A stretch of 63,554 nt of DNA, counting the filler, from Folioceros fuciformis (taxonomy: Eukaryota), in assembly GCA_049999805.1 (NCBI GenBank). It is 4 parts of 4 records of this genome, joined end to end, with 100 filler letters (N's around TTAATTAATTAA, not from the genome) between each part and the next. Parts side by side here need not be neighbours in the genome. Positions count along the whole stretch, not along the records: positions 1 to 26,576 come from JBNGIO010005742.1; positions 26,677 to 51,197 come from JBNGIO010005743.1; 2 more parts are not named here. One strand, given 5' to 3'. The notes beneath the pieces were generated by a model. That model saw only the letters and a list, made by a program, of their open reading frames with translations. It did not search any database and was not told where the DNA came from. Numbering within the stretch: position 1 is the stretch's first letter; every line of letters starts with the position of its first letter. Position numbers and translations under genes: made by a program. Below, in pieces: positions 23,599 to 35,554 of the stretch.

Positions 23599-25029
23599 CT
23601 TTGACTACTCAACCTTTTTCTTAAATCTTCTATCTGAACTTTTATCCTCCATTACCCTCTTTTCACCTCTCCCAACTTTTACAGAGTCTATCTCACTTCT
23701 TGGCCTAGGCAATACCCCAGCTCGTTTAACACTCACCCGCGTCACTCTAACACTTTTCATCACAAGTCTCTTCATGTTTAAAAGTTAAGCACTAGTTCAA
23801 ATAAAGATTGTCACGCCAAAGTTTGATAACTTTGACAACCAATCAAGTCTCACATTGGTTTATATCCAAACCAGCACAGATACAGTGTAGAATACACTTG
23901 CTCAAAAACTGGACGCCTGGTGGCATTCCACACTAAGTTCACTTCTCCCTCTTTTCTCTCTAAGCACTTCACTAAACCTTTCACATCTGAAAAGTGTCAT
24001 TCAAGCACTATCAAATCATCATAGAATGCCTCAAGTTGACTCCAATTCTTTGGTTTTGAACATCCTATTATGAGGCGTCTCAAAATTTCTTGTCTTCTTT
24101 GTTTTTGTTCTTCCTCCTCCTTTTTGTGACACTCGTGATCCTCCTTTGCAATCTGCTCGTCCAATTCCTTCTTCTCTTCTGCTATCTGCAACTCATTATC
24201 CTTCAGTTCAATCTTCTCACCTTGTTGGGTCCCTCCTGCACAACTTCTTCCACACTCATTTCACAGTATTTAATATTTGTTTTTTTTAAAACTATTTTCA
24301 ACATCCAGCAACGAATTGACGATGGTAATCCCGTTTACCAGTCTTTAACAAAAAAATTTAACAGCCCTCAATCTCACTTCACTACGAACTGCTTTTTTTT
24401 TTTCGCGAAACAATTTTGATTAATTTGGCAAAAGCCTCCCACAACAATACAAAAGGAGAAACCTGCTAATGTATGTACAAACATCAAGCACCAGAAGAGA
24501 GGGGGAGAACTGGCCTTGAGTCCAAGACTCAAGACATGGTGCGCAGAGAGCGCTTCCCTACACTATGATACCCTCGAACTGCCATGCCATTTTTACTCAC
24601 CCTCAAGGTCTCCCATGGACTTTGGGACTCACCGTCTCTAGGGGCACAAATGATTCCATCGCAAGTTTTTCTCAGGTGCTAGAAATCCCGCCATCCTCCA
24701 GTCTTTCCGCTTAAACTGCTTCCGACGGGATTGCTCCCATGCTTCTGCTGCAATCAACAAATGCTCCCATATGCGCCACAACAAAGCTTTCGATGAAGCT
24801 GACTCTTGCCCTCCATAGACCACAACGGACCAGTTGACCCACAGATGGAAAAGGCAAGAAGACCACAGTAAGCCCCACCATTGTGTTTGAAGAAGAGGTT
24901 TGCCTGAGGTTGCATCGAGCCCAAATAAAGCGGATTGTGACGTGATCTTGAGGTTAGCATGTGGAAAAATCAAACATAGCCACCTGCCAACCTCCTCCCA
25001 TATCTCTTGGGCAAAGCTGTAGTGAAAGA

Positions 25030-25322
25030 TGTCAATAGGATCGACTCCAATCTACGTGCAAGTGTAGGAGAGGAGAGGAGAGAAGAGAGGGTGGTATTGG
25101 TGATCACAACCATGAAAACAATACACATCACCATTGTCTTCCTATGGAGGTCCGAGGTCTCCATTTAAGTAGTACATTTAGGGCTACACAACTTCCAGGT
25201 TCAATATGGGATAATCTACACTATCCTAAGTTCACTAATAACTAGAACTAGTCTAGTATGAACCCAACTGGGATAACTAACACCACATGAGTTTAGCTCA
25301 TATAGAGCTCGATAACTCAACA
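25030..25322 (-). repeat. 3' LTR of copia-3
   Basis: TG..CA ends; PPT ctccccct 25323-25330; partial inverted copy at 51298-51422. Confidence 0.85.
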
Positions 25323-25335
25323 CTCCCCCTCGAGC

Positions 25336-26576
25336 TCAACATAGCATCTGTACGCCTAACATAGCTCGGAATTTCTTCAGCTTCTCTGCTCCCATTGGCT
25401 TAGTAAATATATCGGCTATCTGCTCGTCTGTGTTGACATACACAAGATCAATAGCTCCAGATAAAATCCTTTCGCGAAGAAAATGATAATGTATTTCAAT
25501 GTGTTTTGTCCTGGCATGAAACACTGGGTTTCGCGCCAACTGTATGCTGCTAAGATTGTCACAGTAGATAACAACCTTGTCGTTGACCTGCAATCCAAAA
25601 TCTCCGAGTAACTTACAAATCCAAGTCACTTCACACGCTGCCATTGCTGCGCCTCTGTATTCAGCTTCTGTACTAGACAAAGCCATTGTAGGCTGCTTCT
25701 TGCTACTCCATGTAATTGCTGCACTCCCAAGTGAAAAAATGAATCCACTTGTAGATCTACGATCAGTAACACTGCCTGCCCAATCTGCATCTGTGTACCC
25801 ACACAGGTTTATTTCTAAATCTGCAACATAAAAGAGAGCATGATCCATAGTTGCCTTCACATAGCGCAACGTTCGCCTTACTGCATCCAAATGTGGCTTT
25901 CTTGGCGCCTGCATAAACTGACTTTGCAATCCCACTGTATAGTTCAAATCTGGTCGGGATAGAGTGAGATATATCAAGCTACCCACAATCTTCCTGTACA
26001 TTGTTGGATCTTCAAGTGCTTCACCATCATGAGCACTGAGCTTTAGATTTTGATCCAAAGGAATCGAGATTGGCTTGCACTCAACCATACCATACTTAGT
26101 TAGTACATCCGACGCATACTTCCGCTGTGACAGCCAAATGCCTGTGTTGGTTCGTATAATTTCAATGCCCAAAAAGAACCTCAGTTCACCTAGGTCCGCC
26201 ATCTTGAACTCTTGTTGTAGAAGTTCCTTGATCTGCTCCACTTGATCCAACTGATTACCTCCAATGATTAGATCATCCACATAAATGGTCACAAAGACCA
26301 GTCGTTTTGTACTTTTGCACACATACAACGAATGATCCGCATCTGCCATGTTGAATCCGATGTGAATCAGATGCTGAGCAAGACGCTCATGCCAAGCCCT
26401 CGGGGCTTGCTTCAGTCCGTACAACGTTTTTTTCAGCTTGCACACATGATTTGGATGATCCAAATCCTCATAACCTGGTGGCTGGTCCATGTATACTTCT
26501 TCCAGCAATTCTCCATGTAAAAACGCATTCTTCACATCCATATGATGTAGGACCCAACCTTTCGATGCCGCTAGTG
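25336..26576 (-). CDS. copia-3 RT/RNase H (open frame, cut by assembly gap)
   Basis: MDVKNAFL, YGLKQAPR, IYVDD, DADWAG, SSTEAEY, HARTKHI, ADIFTK. Confidence 0.95.
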
Positions 26577-26730
26577 NNNNNNNNNNNNNNNNNNNNNNNN
26601 NNNNNNNNNNNNNNNNNNNNTTAATTAATTAANNNNNNNNNNNNNNNNNNNNNNNNNNNNNNNNNNNNNNNNNNNNCCGATCCAGGTTGCTCGTGCGCTG
26701 AGAGTTAACGCACGACATGGATCGTCGCCA

Positions 26731-26901
26731 GCTCTGATACCATGACATGTTCGCGTGAGCGTAGAGAAGTGATTAGATTAGATTGAGCGTCACGGGACAT
26801 GTCTTGTGGACTTGACTAGGCGACGGTTATTAATTGTAACCATCACCTAATCCTCTAACCTTAACCTGAACTAATAAAAGGTAATTAAATATGACCTGTC
26901 A
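26731..26901 (-). mobile_element. PBS (26731-26742) plus 159-bp 5' LTR (26743-26901) of another LTR element
   Basis: gctctgatacca followed by TGACA...TGTCA inverted termini. Confidence 0.75.
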
Positions 26902-26985
26902 GCCATAAAGGCCTCACACACTCACACATTTTTAAGAATTCATTCATTATTCATCTTTCCTACCCTATTGATCCCGTTCACGCTA
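26902..26985 (+). repeat. Remnant of a copia-1-family LTR
   Basis: Reverse complement of 6688-6771, ending ..cccgttcacgcTA. Confidence 0.88.
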
Positions 26986-27025
26986 ATGAGGTAGGCCACT
27001 GTCCTATGAAGGTAAGTTGGCCTTT

Positions 27026-27305
27026 AAGGGGGAGGTTGTAGGGTTATTAAAGCCCAATGTGTTTAGACTAATGTGTTTAGTCTAAGATTAGTGTCTAGTT
27101 AAGTATCATTAGTTTAGTTTAGCTTAAGCTAATCTGTAGGAAGCTTCTTGTGCAGCTTCCTGTGGGCTTCTTGTGAGGATTCCTAGGGAGCTCTTCTAGA
27201 GGGTATAGATACCCCCTTGAGCTCCCTTATAGTGTGACTCTATTGTGAGGGTGTGACCTCTGATTCTCCTCCTCCTTGCCTCCTCCTCTCCTCTCCTTCA
27301 CCATG
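27026..27305 (+). repeat. Probable PPT plus start of a 3' LTR of an unidentified element
   Basis: aagggggagg followed by TGTAGGG at 27037; right end uncertain. Confidence 0.45.
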
Positions 27306-27669
27306 TAGATCCTAGAGCGTTCCTTCAAACCCGCGGTGCCGCATGCGCCGGAAAAATATTAGTTAGGGTTCTGGGTGGGTCCCTCCACGGTCGTGAAAAC
27401 AACTACCAATTGCGGAAACAGCAACCGCGGTCGTGGAGTGGGAACCAGAGTTGTAGTCCGTGGTAGCTGAGCTAACTGGGGGTAGTAGTAGTTGAGCTGG
27501 TAGGTAGTAGGGACGGTAGTAGGTGAGTCTTGACTTAGGTAAGGGTCAATAGTGATAGAAGTTAGCGTTCCTTGGCACAAATCATTCCCTTGGGAGCGAA
27601 TCATACAACTACAACAACATAGAAGGTGAATGTGGACCTCATGGTGTCTCTGGACACAAGATTTCACTC

Positions 27670-30600
27670 CACACATGCTCACATGGAAAGTGTGACACAT
27701 ATGCCAACCGGCTGGAAGATCGAGTGTGTAGGCGACATCATTGACCCTACCTACAATTTTGAAGGGGCTTGCAAACTGATATGCCAACTTGTGTTTTTGC
27801 TGGAGTAGTGATGGATACCGGTGAGGACGGATGTGAAACCACACTAGCTGGTTGATGGCGTAAGAAATCTCCCGCTTGTGCTTATTGCTTGACTTTTTGG
27901 CGCGGTCTTGAGGTGATAGAAGATTATGTTTTGCTTTGTGCACTTTGTGCCATATGTCTTCAGCAACTTCGGCTGTGCTCCTCCATTTGGTGTCACTAGC
28001 TAGCCACAATCCGGGTGGTGGTGAATTCTCTTCGTATAACAACTTGAAGGGGGATACTCCTGCGACCACATGCTAGGAATTGTTATAGGCGTACTCGAGG
28101 AGACGTAGGAACTCTTCCCGCTTGCCTTGCTTGTCATGCGTGTAGTGTCTCAACATGTCTTCGAGCACTTGTATCTAACGTTCTGTCTGACCATCAGATT
28201 CGGGATGGCATGTGGAGGACAAACTCTGCCGGATGCCCAAAGTTTCGGTGAAAGCCCGCAAAACCCTATTGTGAACTTAGGGTCATGGTCTTGAACAATG
28301 TTCTTAGGGCAGGGCAGCCGTGACGTCTAAAAATATCCTTGGTGAATAGGCTGTCCAACTTTAGAGCTGTGATGTTGGAATTCACCGAAATGAAGTGGGA
28401 GCATTTGGACAACCTGTCCATAACCACCTATATGCTGTCTTTCCTGTGTGTGTACGTGGGAGGGCTGTTACAAAATCCATGGAGATGGATTGAAACCTTT
28501 CCTCTAGTACGTGCAAAGGTAACAATAGTCCTGGAGTTTTCTGATGTTCTGGCTTGAGTTGCTAGCATGATGCACAACTTCTTACCCACTGGATGTAGTC
28601 CTTGCACAGGCCCTCCTAGTGGAAATGGGTTTTCACCCGTTCATAAGTCTTGTCAATGCCCTAGTGTCCACAAATGGGAGAATCATGCAAATCATGTAAG
28701 TTACCTCTTTGGATTTCCTTTAGGTGCTGTGGGATCACAAGTCGGCCCTTTCTATAGACACAAGGGTCCTTAAGCTGGTAAGTCTGCATCAAGGCCGTAG
28801 GTGTACCTCCTATTGTGTCTTGCACTAACCGCTGATAAATTTTCTGCAAGTGTAGATCCCACGGGATGGTTGCTCTAATAGTTCTGATGGTGTCCAACTA
28901 GGAGGACATGAATGTGAGGGCTCTCCTGTTGAGGGCATCAGCTACAGAGTTGGAGGAGCCAGTGACATACTTAATGATAAAATTGAAATCAATTAAGTAC
29001 TCTGACCATCTTCTCTGACGTGCATTCAAGTTGGGCTGGGTAAAGAAATGCTGTAGGGAGTGATGGTTAGTGTGTACTGTGAATTTTTGTCCAAGCAAGT
29101 AGTGTCGCTAGACATTGAGTGCATGAACAATGGCAAGCATCTCCTTGTCATGAACTGGATAATTGACCTGTGCACCTTGAAGCTTGTGTGATTCATATGC
29201 AATCACCCATCCTTCCTGTGATAAGACAGCCCTAAGGGCAAGGTCTGACGCATCTGTGTGCACACTGTAGGTACCCTTGGGATCTGCCGTTGCTAAAACT
29301 AGTCCAGTGCTCAAAGTCTGTGTCAGTTGGATGAAGGCCTGTTGGGCTGTTGCATCCAAGTGCAAAGGCTTGCTAGGAGACAGCTTGAGAGCATCTGTCA
29401 GGGGTAAGGAATCTTACTAAACCCTTGGATGAACCGGCGGTAGAACCCTGTAAGTCCCAGGAATCCCTGGAGTTGGATGATATCCGTGGGTAATGGCCAT
29501 GCTATGACAACCGTGACCTTGCGTGGATCTATGCTAATCCCAGCCTTTGTGACTATGTGTCGTAAGTATTCTACTTTTTTGCGCATGAAGGTGCACTTGC
29601 TCCTCTTGGCTAACATGTGATGTTCCTTCAAAAGCAGCAGGATTGCCCTAACCAACTTGATGTGGTTTCTGGATTTGCAAAGTGGATCAAGATGTCATCA
29701 AGGAACACTTCTACGCCCTGCCCCAACAATGGTATGAGTGATGCAAGACATACTCAGGCCATTGTTGGGGCAGGGCCCCAAACAATAGGGTTGAGCACTG
29801 AAATGTTGCTGGTGCATTGGTGAGGCCCATGGGCATCACCACCATCCACTCATAATGGCCATGGTGGGTCCTGAAAGCTGTTTTGTGCTCATCACCTTCC
29901 TTGACACATATCTGGTAGAAGCCAAAACGTAAATCAATTTTGGTGAACCATGTAGAACAACGTAGCTGGTCAAGAATTTCATCAATTCTAGGCATTTGGT
30001 ACATGTTCTTTGCTGTGGCCTTGTTGAGGCCCCTGTAATCTATACAAGGCCTCCGTCCACCATCAGGCTTGGCAACCAGCAATATTGGAGCTCGATAAGG
30101 TGAGACACATGGATGCACAAAACCCTGGGCTAAGAAGGCATCAACCTGTTTTTTGATTTATGCATTGGACGTCTAGGAGGAAGCTTTGTGGGATCGGCAA
30201 ATAGATCACTAAATTCTATTAGCAGTGACTTCATTTCTTCAGGAAGTGCTTCTTCCTCTTGAGCCTGTTTCTCTGCTCGTGATTCTATTGTGCCTTCTAA
30301 TGGGGTGACCTTTTTCAACTTTGCTATGTATAGAAAGTTGCCGTGGGAAGTTGCTTTATGTAATGCAGAGACAGCAAATAAATGCTTGTCTGGTATGTAG
30401 GTTTCTCCCACTAACTTGTACTACTGGTGGTCCACCCGCAAGTTGACCACATTGTTCAGCTAGTCAATCTGAAGGTGCTGGGAATGGGTAGCTAGCCAGG
30501 GTTTTCCCACTATCACATCGTGGACTAGGCTAGGCATCATAATCACTCTCAATTCTTCAGTGTATCCCCCTGGGAAAGTAAGCTGGACTTCTACCCACCT

Positions 30601-31600
30601 TTGTGAGCTAGTGTCTTTTCTGACTAACGTTGTCACAACTGTGGATAACTGATTGGAATCTTGGATGCGCAAGTCAGCCTTATGAGCTACAGCTTCATAG
30701 ATGTAGTGATGACTAGCCCCATTGTCCAGAAGGGCTGTGATATTGATGCCCTCTAGCTGTACCTTGAATTTGAGGGGAACGTGATGCAGATTGTAGGCAG
30801 TCAACACACAACAACCATTGCAGGCCTTAGGGTTACCTGGCGGGTGGACTTCTTCTACGTCCTTGATGATGACTGAATGATTGTTGCGGGTGTTGGGTGT
30901 GCTGCCGGTGTTGCTACTCCGTGTGGTGTTGCCCGTCTCCTTCAACCATGCAATGAACTCCTTGCGATGTAGACAGTTGCGAGAACCATGGTCAGTGCCT
31001 GTGTAGGTGAAGCACATTTTCTTGTCATTGTGTTCCTCGTTCTCCTCTACTGATAGGATTCTGAACACAAGCTTCTTGTTCACCACGATGGCAGTCTTCC
31101 CAAACTTCTGCTTCTGACCCGTGGCTGTCCCCAAGTGTTTATACTTGTTCAGGCCATAGTTCATGGCAGCTCGGATCGCCTCTACCAAAGTCCCAGGATT
31201 TGTTTGGTTGACATCTGCCCGTAACTCAAATCGGAGTCTGTCAATGAACTTCTCTACCTTTTGCTCTTCGTCCAGTCTCGGCATATCTAGGGTAAGTTGG
31301 AGAAACTTGTGGCAGTATTCTTGCACATCGCCCTACTAATAAATCTTCCGGAACTAATGATACAATTCCTTTCTGTGATTGATAGGGAGGAACTGTTCCA
31401 GGAAGATTTGACAAAACACTTGCCATGAATACACTGGGGATTCCATTCCAAGGTCTACTTGTTTCTCTTGCTGTCGCCACCGGCGAAATGCATACCCGTC
31501 CAATGACATTACACAAAACTGGATCTTGTGGAGATCATCCTTCTCACTCGTAGCAAGGTACTTGTCCATCTAGTCAAGCCAGTCGTACACCCTTTGTGCC
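27670..31600 (-). mobile_element. Decayed Ty3/gypsy gag-pol (chromovirus-like)
   Basis: [68 protein letters not shown]-like ASPFKIVGRVNDVAYTLDLP..HTFHVS. Confidence 0.88.
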
Positions 31601-31604
31601 TCCT

Positions 31605-31772
31605 TGGCTTGGCTTGGTCGTCGAACGTCTTGATTTTTGGCTTGGCTTGGTTGTCCGAATGTCTTGATTTTTCGCTGGAGTTCTAATGTGGGTACCCGTC
31701 TAGTTTGTGGGTACCCCTCTAGCTTGGCTTGGTTGTCGAACGTCTTGATTTTTGATAGCCAAGCTAGAGGGA
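31605..31772. repeat. Short direct/inverted repeat cluster
   Basis: gcttggtt/cgtcgaacgtcttgatttt x3; cctctagcttggct (31717) is inverted as agccaagctagagg (31757). Confidence 0.6.
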
Positions 31773-32028
31773 CACAACAACCAGATTTTGATATTTAAAA
31801 ATCAGACTGACTTATCGTGATTTTTAGTTATTGACGGACTTCATGTGTATGTATTTCTTCTGGGTGGCAGCTAAACTGCAAGATTAAGTTGGTAATGAAG
31901 AACTATGCTTGTTGCTGGTCACCCGGAATTTGGGAAGGCGTATGGCAGTAAGGTGAGGAGAGGACGCGGCGGATTCAGCCGTCTAGCAGGGGTTCATGCG
32001 GCAAGAAGCACGAGGGATCTATGGTCCC

Positions 32029-33155
32029 ATGGCAACGGAGCAGGCGCTGGAGCTCATGCTGTGCTTCGCGGAGCGCACGGGAATTACCTCCGGCGCCCTT
32101 GCGCGGCGCTACCTGTGGACGGACGCGTTCGCGGTGTGCAATTTCTTGGCGCTGCAGCGTCAGGATCTGGCAACACGGCTGGTTGCGCAGGTGCACTCCA
32201 CTCTGAGATTCTTCCGGCCAGGGGACCATCCGTTGCGGCGAGGCCGGCTGAGCGGGCTGGACGAGGAGGAGGGAGAGGCACACCCGACCCGCGGAGGGCT
32301 GCGCATCGGGAAGCTGCTGCCGGAACGCGAGCGCGACGCCGCCCCCACCCTCGCCTGGAGTGGGAGCAGGATGGCCAGTACTTCCACTACCTCACCAAGT
32401 GGATGCACGCCCTGGACAAGCTCACCCGCGCCACGGGCGACCCGCGCTACACCGCTTGGGCGCGCGAGCTCATGGAGACCACGCACCGCGCCTTCCTCTA
32501 CTCCGTCCCCGGCCGCGGCCGCGGCCGCCGCATGTACTGGAAGATGAGCGTCGACTTCTCCCGCCCCTTGGTGTCTTCCCAGGGCGCTCACGACCCGCTC
32601 GACGGATTCGTCACCTGCATCCAACTGGAGGACACTGCCGAAGCCCTGGGCCTCGACCCCGGGGGCGACGCCCATGGAATGGAAGTCGCCGCGCGCCGCG
32701 ACTTCCATTCCATGCTATGCCACGACGCCATGGCCACCACCGACATGCTCGGCATCGGCGGCCTTCTTGCCGACATCTCCCGTCTCCACCAGCTCCGGCG
32801 GGAGCTCCCTCTGCGGGACGCCATCTCCCGCTCGGCCGTGGCAAGCGTGAAGCTGGTGGCGGAGCGCGGCCGGGATCTGGACTCTTCGGCCTCCCGCCGC
32901 CTCGCGTTCCGGGAGCTCGGGCTCGCCATCGGCATGGCTGCCGGGCAGGTCATGCAGGATCCTCCACCGGAATTCCGACACCTCATCCAAGGACGCTACG
33001 CCTCTCTCGGCCACAAGATTCAATCCTTCTGGCTCTGCCCCGACAACCGGAGCGACGACACCTACCTGGAGCACGAGGACATCAACGACGTGATGCTCGC
33101 CACCAGCCTCGCCCCGGACGGCTTCTTGCGCCTCGTCCCCTTACGCGAACTGTAG
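32029..33155 (+). CDS. Intronless prokaryote-type conserved hypothetical protein; 1-nt frameshift at 32342-32346
   Basis: RRYLWTDAFAVCNF, GLRIGK.LPER, EWEQDGQYFHYLTKWMHAL, MYWKMSVDFSRPLV.SQGAHDPLDG, RLAFRELGLAIG, EHEDINDVMLATSL, recalled as a bacterial/archaeal/fungal family; very GC-rich; halves in two frames. Confidence 0.8.
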
Positions 33156-33471
33156 TCATACACGACAACAGAATACGATGGATGAAACGTTCCCGTCACT
33201 TGTACAGGTGAGCAGCCCGGGAACTCATGTGTCTCGTTCGTTCGTGTCTGCTCATGACGCTGACGATGCCACTCACTGTCTTTTCGGACAGGCCAACAGC
33301 ACGAAAACGGCACACAGCAGCGACGAAAGTTCTCGCCCCCTTCGCTCCACTTCGCCACGTACCCACGAATGCATTGCTGGTCGTCCGGTCGTCACGAGCC
33401 GCTGCTTCTATTGGGCCTTCCTCCTGCTTTGTAGGTTTCGCACGCCGGGTTCTAGAACCATGCCCGGAGCG

Positions 33472-33477
33472 TATAAA
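33472..33477 (+). promoter_or_regulatory. Putative TATA box of the GST gene
   Basis: TATAAA ~155 nt upstream of the ATG in a GC-rich context. Confidence 0.5.
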
Positions 33478-33626
33478 GCATAGGGCATCCCGCCGTTAGT
33501 GCATCAGCATCTGTTTTCGATTCTTCCTCCCGCCACCTACTGCTCTTGCCGTCGTCCTTGGCTTTGCAAGACACTCGTTATCAGTCCCCTTTCATCGGCG
33601 CGCGTCCCTCAGCTACCAGCAGCACC

Positions 33627-34404
33627 ATGACGATCAAGGTTCACGGCTTTCCTCTGTCCACCGCTACCGCCACAGTGCTGGTTACTCTGTGGGAGAAGGA
33701 GGCAGATTTCGAGCTTGTCGCGGTGGATATGATTCATGGCGCTCACAAACAGCCGGAGCATCTGGCTCACCAGCCTTTCGGGCAAATCCCGTACCTTGAA
33801 GATGGAGACTACGAGATTTTTGGTGAGCAGAGTACTAGTGCTGTCGCGAGGAAACCTGTGCTTTGGGAAGCTTGGGGTTGGAATGTGGTTGCTTACTTTC
33901 TTATCTTGCGTCGCTGCCGTGTGGCTGGCAGAGTCCCGGGCTGTTGCCAAGTATGTAGCGGACAAGTTTGCAGGGCAGGGGACGGAGCTGTATCCCAAGG
34001 ATCTCAAGTTGAGGGGGAAGGTTGACCAGTGGATCGAAGTGGAGGCTCACAATTACAGCAAGCCTGCCATCGCGATCGCGTTGGAGAAGTATTACGCTCC
34101 CTTTTTCCACAAGAGGCCTGGAAACGAAGCTGTAGTGCAGGAGAATCTGAAGAAGCTGGAGGAGGTGTTGGACATCTACGAGGCTCATCTCGCCAAGCAC
34201 AAGTACATTGCCGGGGACGACTTCTCCTTGGCTGATGTCACACACATCGTTCCTACCAACCACGTCCTGCGCGCCGTCCCGGATGTTGCCGAGCTCTACA
34301 AGGCCAGGCCCCATGTGCAGGCCTGGTGGGAAAACGTGACGTCCCGGCCCGCCTGGGAGAAGTATGTGGAGCTAGCCTCTCCTTACTTCCCCAAGCACCA
34401 GTAG
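33627..34404 (+). CDS. GSTF: Phi-class glutathione S-transferase (exons 33627-33822 and 33932-34404; 222 aa)
   Basis: LSTAT, HKQPEHLAHQPFGQIP, F|ESRA across a GT-AG intron, LDIYEAHL..YIAGDDFSLAD, RPAW. Confidence 0.93.
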
Positions 34405-35554
34405 AGTACTTGCTGGATTGGTCCATTGGCGAATATGTGAAACTAGGGCTTTTAAGGTCTGGTTAGTCGCCCCCTTTGTACCTAATACACAGCCCATCGT
34501 GCGGGCCTTTCCCAAGTTCTGGCGGTTTTCAGACGTGATGCAGATGCTTTTGTCTCGTGCGGGATGCATCGTTTATGTGACGAACTCGTTGTTCTCTGCA
34601 CCGTGAACTACGTACCATGTGGAGCATCTCCTCAATTTAGCACTTAACCCCCGTGCATTGTATGTCGGGGGCAGAGTATGACAACAGATCAGCTGACCGT
34701 GTTTTGCGGCCAAAGGGAAGCTGCTTTGCTGTGCCGAGACTGCAGGGTGTCTTGTCGGTCTCATTTTCAAGACTCATACCAGCGGTTATATCGCCATGGG
34801 AGGAAGTATGGTTAACTAGAGGGGGAAGCAAACCTTGGAAATGCTATAACCGCCACTTTCTTCTTCCCTGTCCAGGTTTTCCCGCCCCGCATGTTTCTCT
34901 CCCTTCTCCTTCTTCTTCTCCCTCCCATCTTGGCGACGACATCATCGCACTGTTTCTCGCACCGACCAAATGCCACTCCTCTTCTGGTTGCCAATTTCGT
35001 TCGCAAGGCTCCTGAACGCCCTCGCGCAGCTACCACCTCAGCGACTCCGGCGTTTGGAGCCGATTTTGGCCGGGCTCGATGGTGCTGTGATGTGCCGAGA
35101 GGTGCCGACTTGTGCTGGCTGCCGCAGTTGGGGGCGAATGGACTGGGTAGGAAAGGTCTCCGCAGTACGTATGCTAACTTAGTTGAGAGCTGCGGAGGTT
35201 GCGCCTTGGGAGGGCACCGAAATGTGGAGAATTCGGAGGTGGTAGCAATGTCCGAGTGATGGAGATGGGTTCCAGGCTTAGGGTTTGGGCCTAGCACGCA
35301 CATGAGCTGGCTCTGTACCAGGGCTGGTTGCCAAATTGAGAGGCATGTGGAAATCCATTGAGTGGGGGCAACTGGTGGTTTGTCGCTCCAAGGGAGCCTG
35401 TGTGCTGTTGATATGGACTCACTGGATACCCCAGGCCCAAGCTGCTCCAGCTCCTCCTTGAGCTGGAACGCTTAGAATTCCGTAAGGCAAGGCGCAGGTG
35501 CGATGGTTATTCCTCCCATTCCGCGCTAGGCACGATACAGGTGGTCTCAGCGGA

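Larger units (their letters stand above)
16265..24420 (-). mobile_element. Decayed Ty3/gypsy retrotransposon carrying a C5 DNA methyltransferase and a PHD finger
   Basis: Collinear minus-strand gag(CCHC)-PR-DNMT-RT-RH-IN-PHD fragments; PPT ctccccccctt 16541-16551 next to an LTR end (..CA at 16540); 5' LTR not found, so outer limits are approximate. Confidence 0.88.

Noticed and set aside
24420-25029. Possible 5' LTR/PBS of the DNMT-gypsy
   Set aside because: No match to the 16265-16540 LTR candidate and no convincing PBS
26621-26632. TTAATTAATTAA between N-runs (also 51242-51253 and 61847-61858)
   Set aside because: Identical all-frame-stop spacer flanked by Ns, so a scaffolding artefact; adjacency across these joins is not trusted
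25030-26901. copia-3 RT and the LTR/PBS at 26731-26901 as one element
   Set aside because: The LTR sequences differ and a scaffold gap separates them
31905-32340. N-terminal part of the 416-aa ORF and other overlapping ORFs at 32-33 kb
   Set aside because: Shadow frames in GC-rich DNA; conserved motifs lie in the 32029 frame before the frameshift
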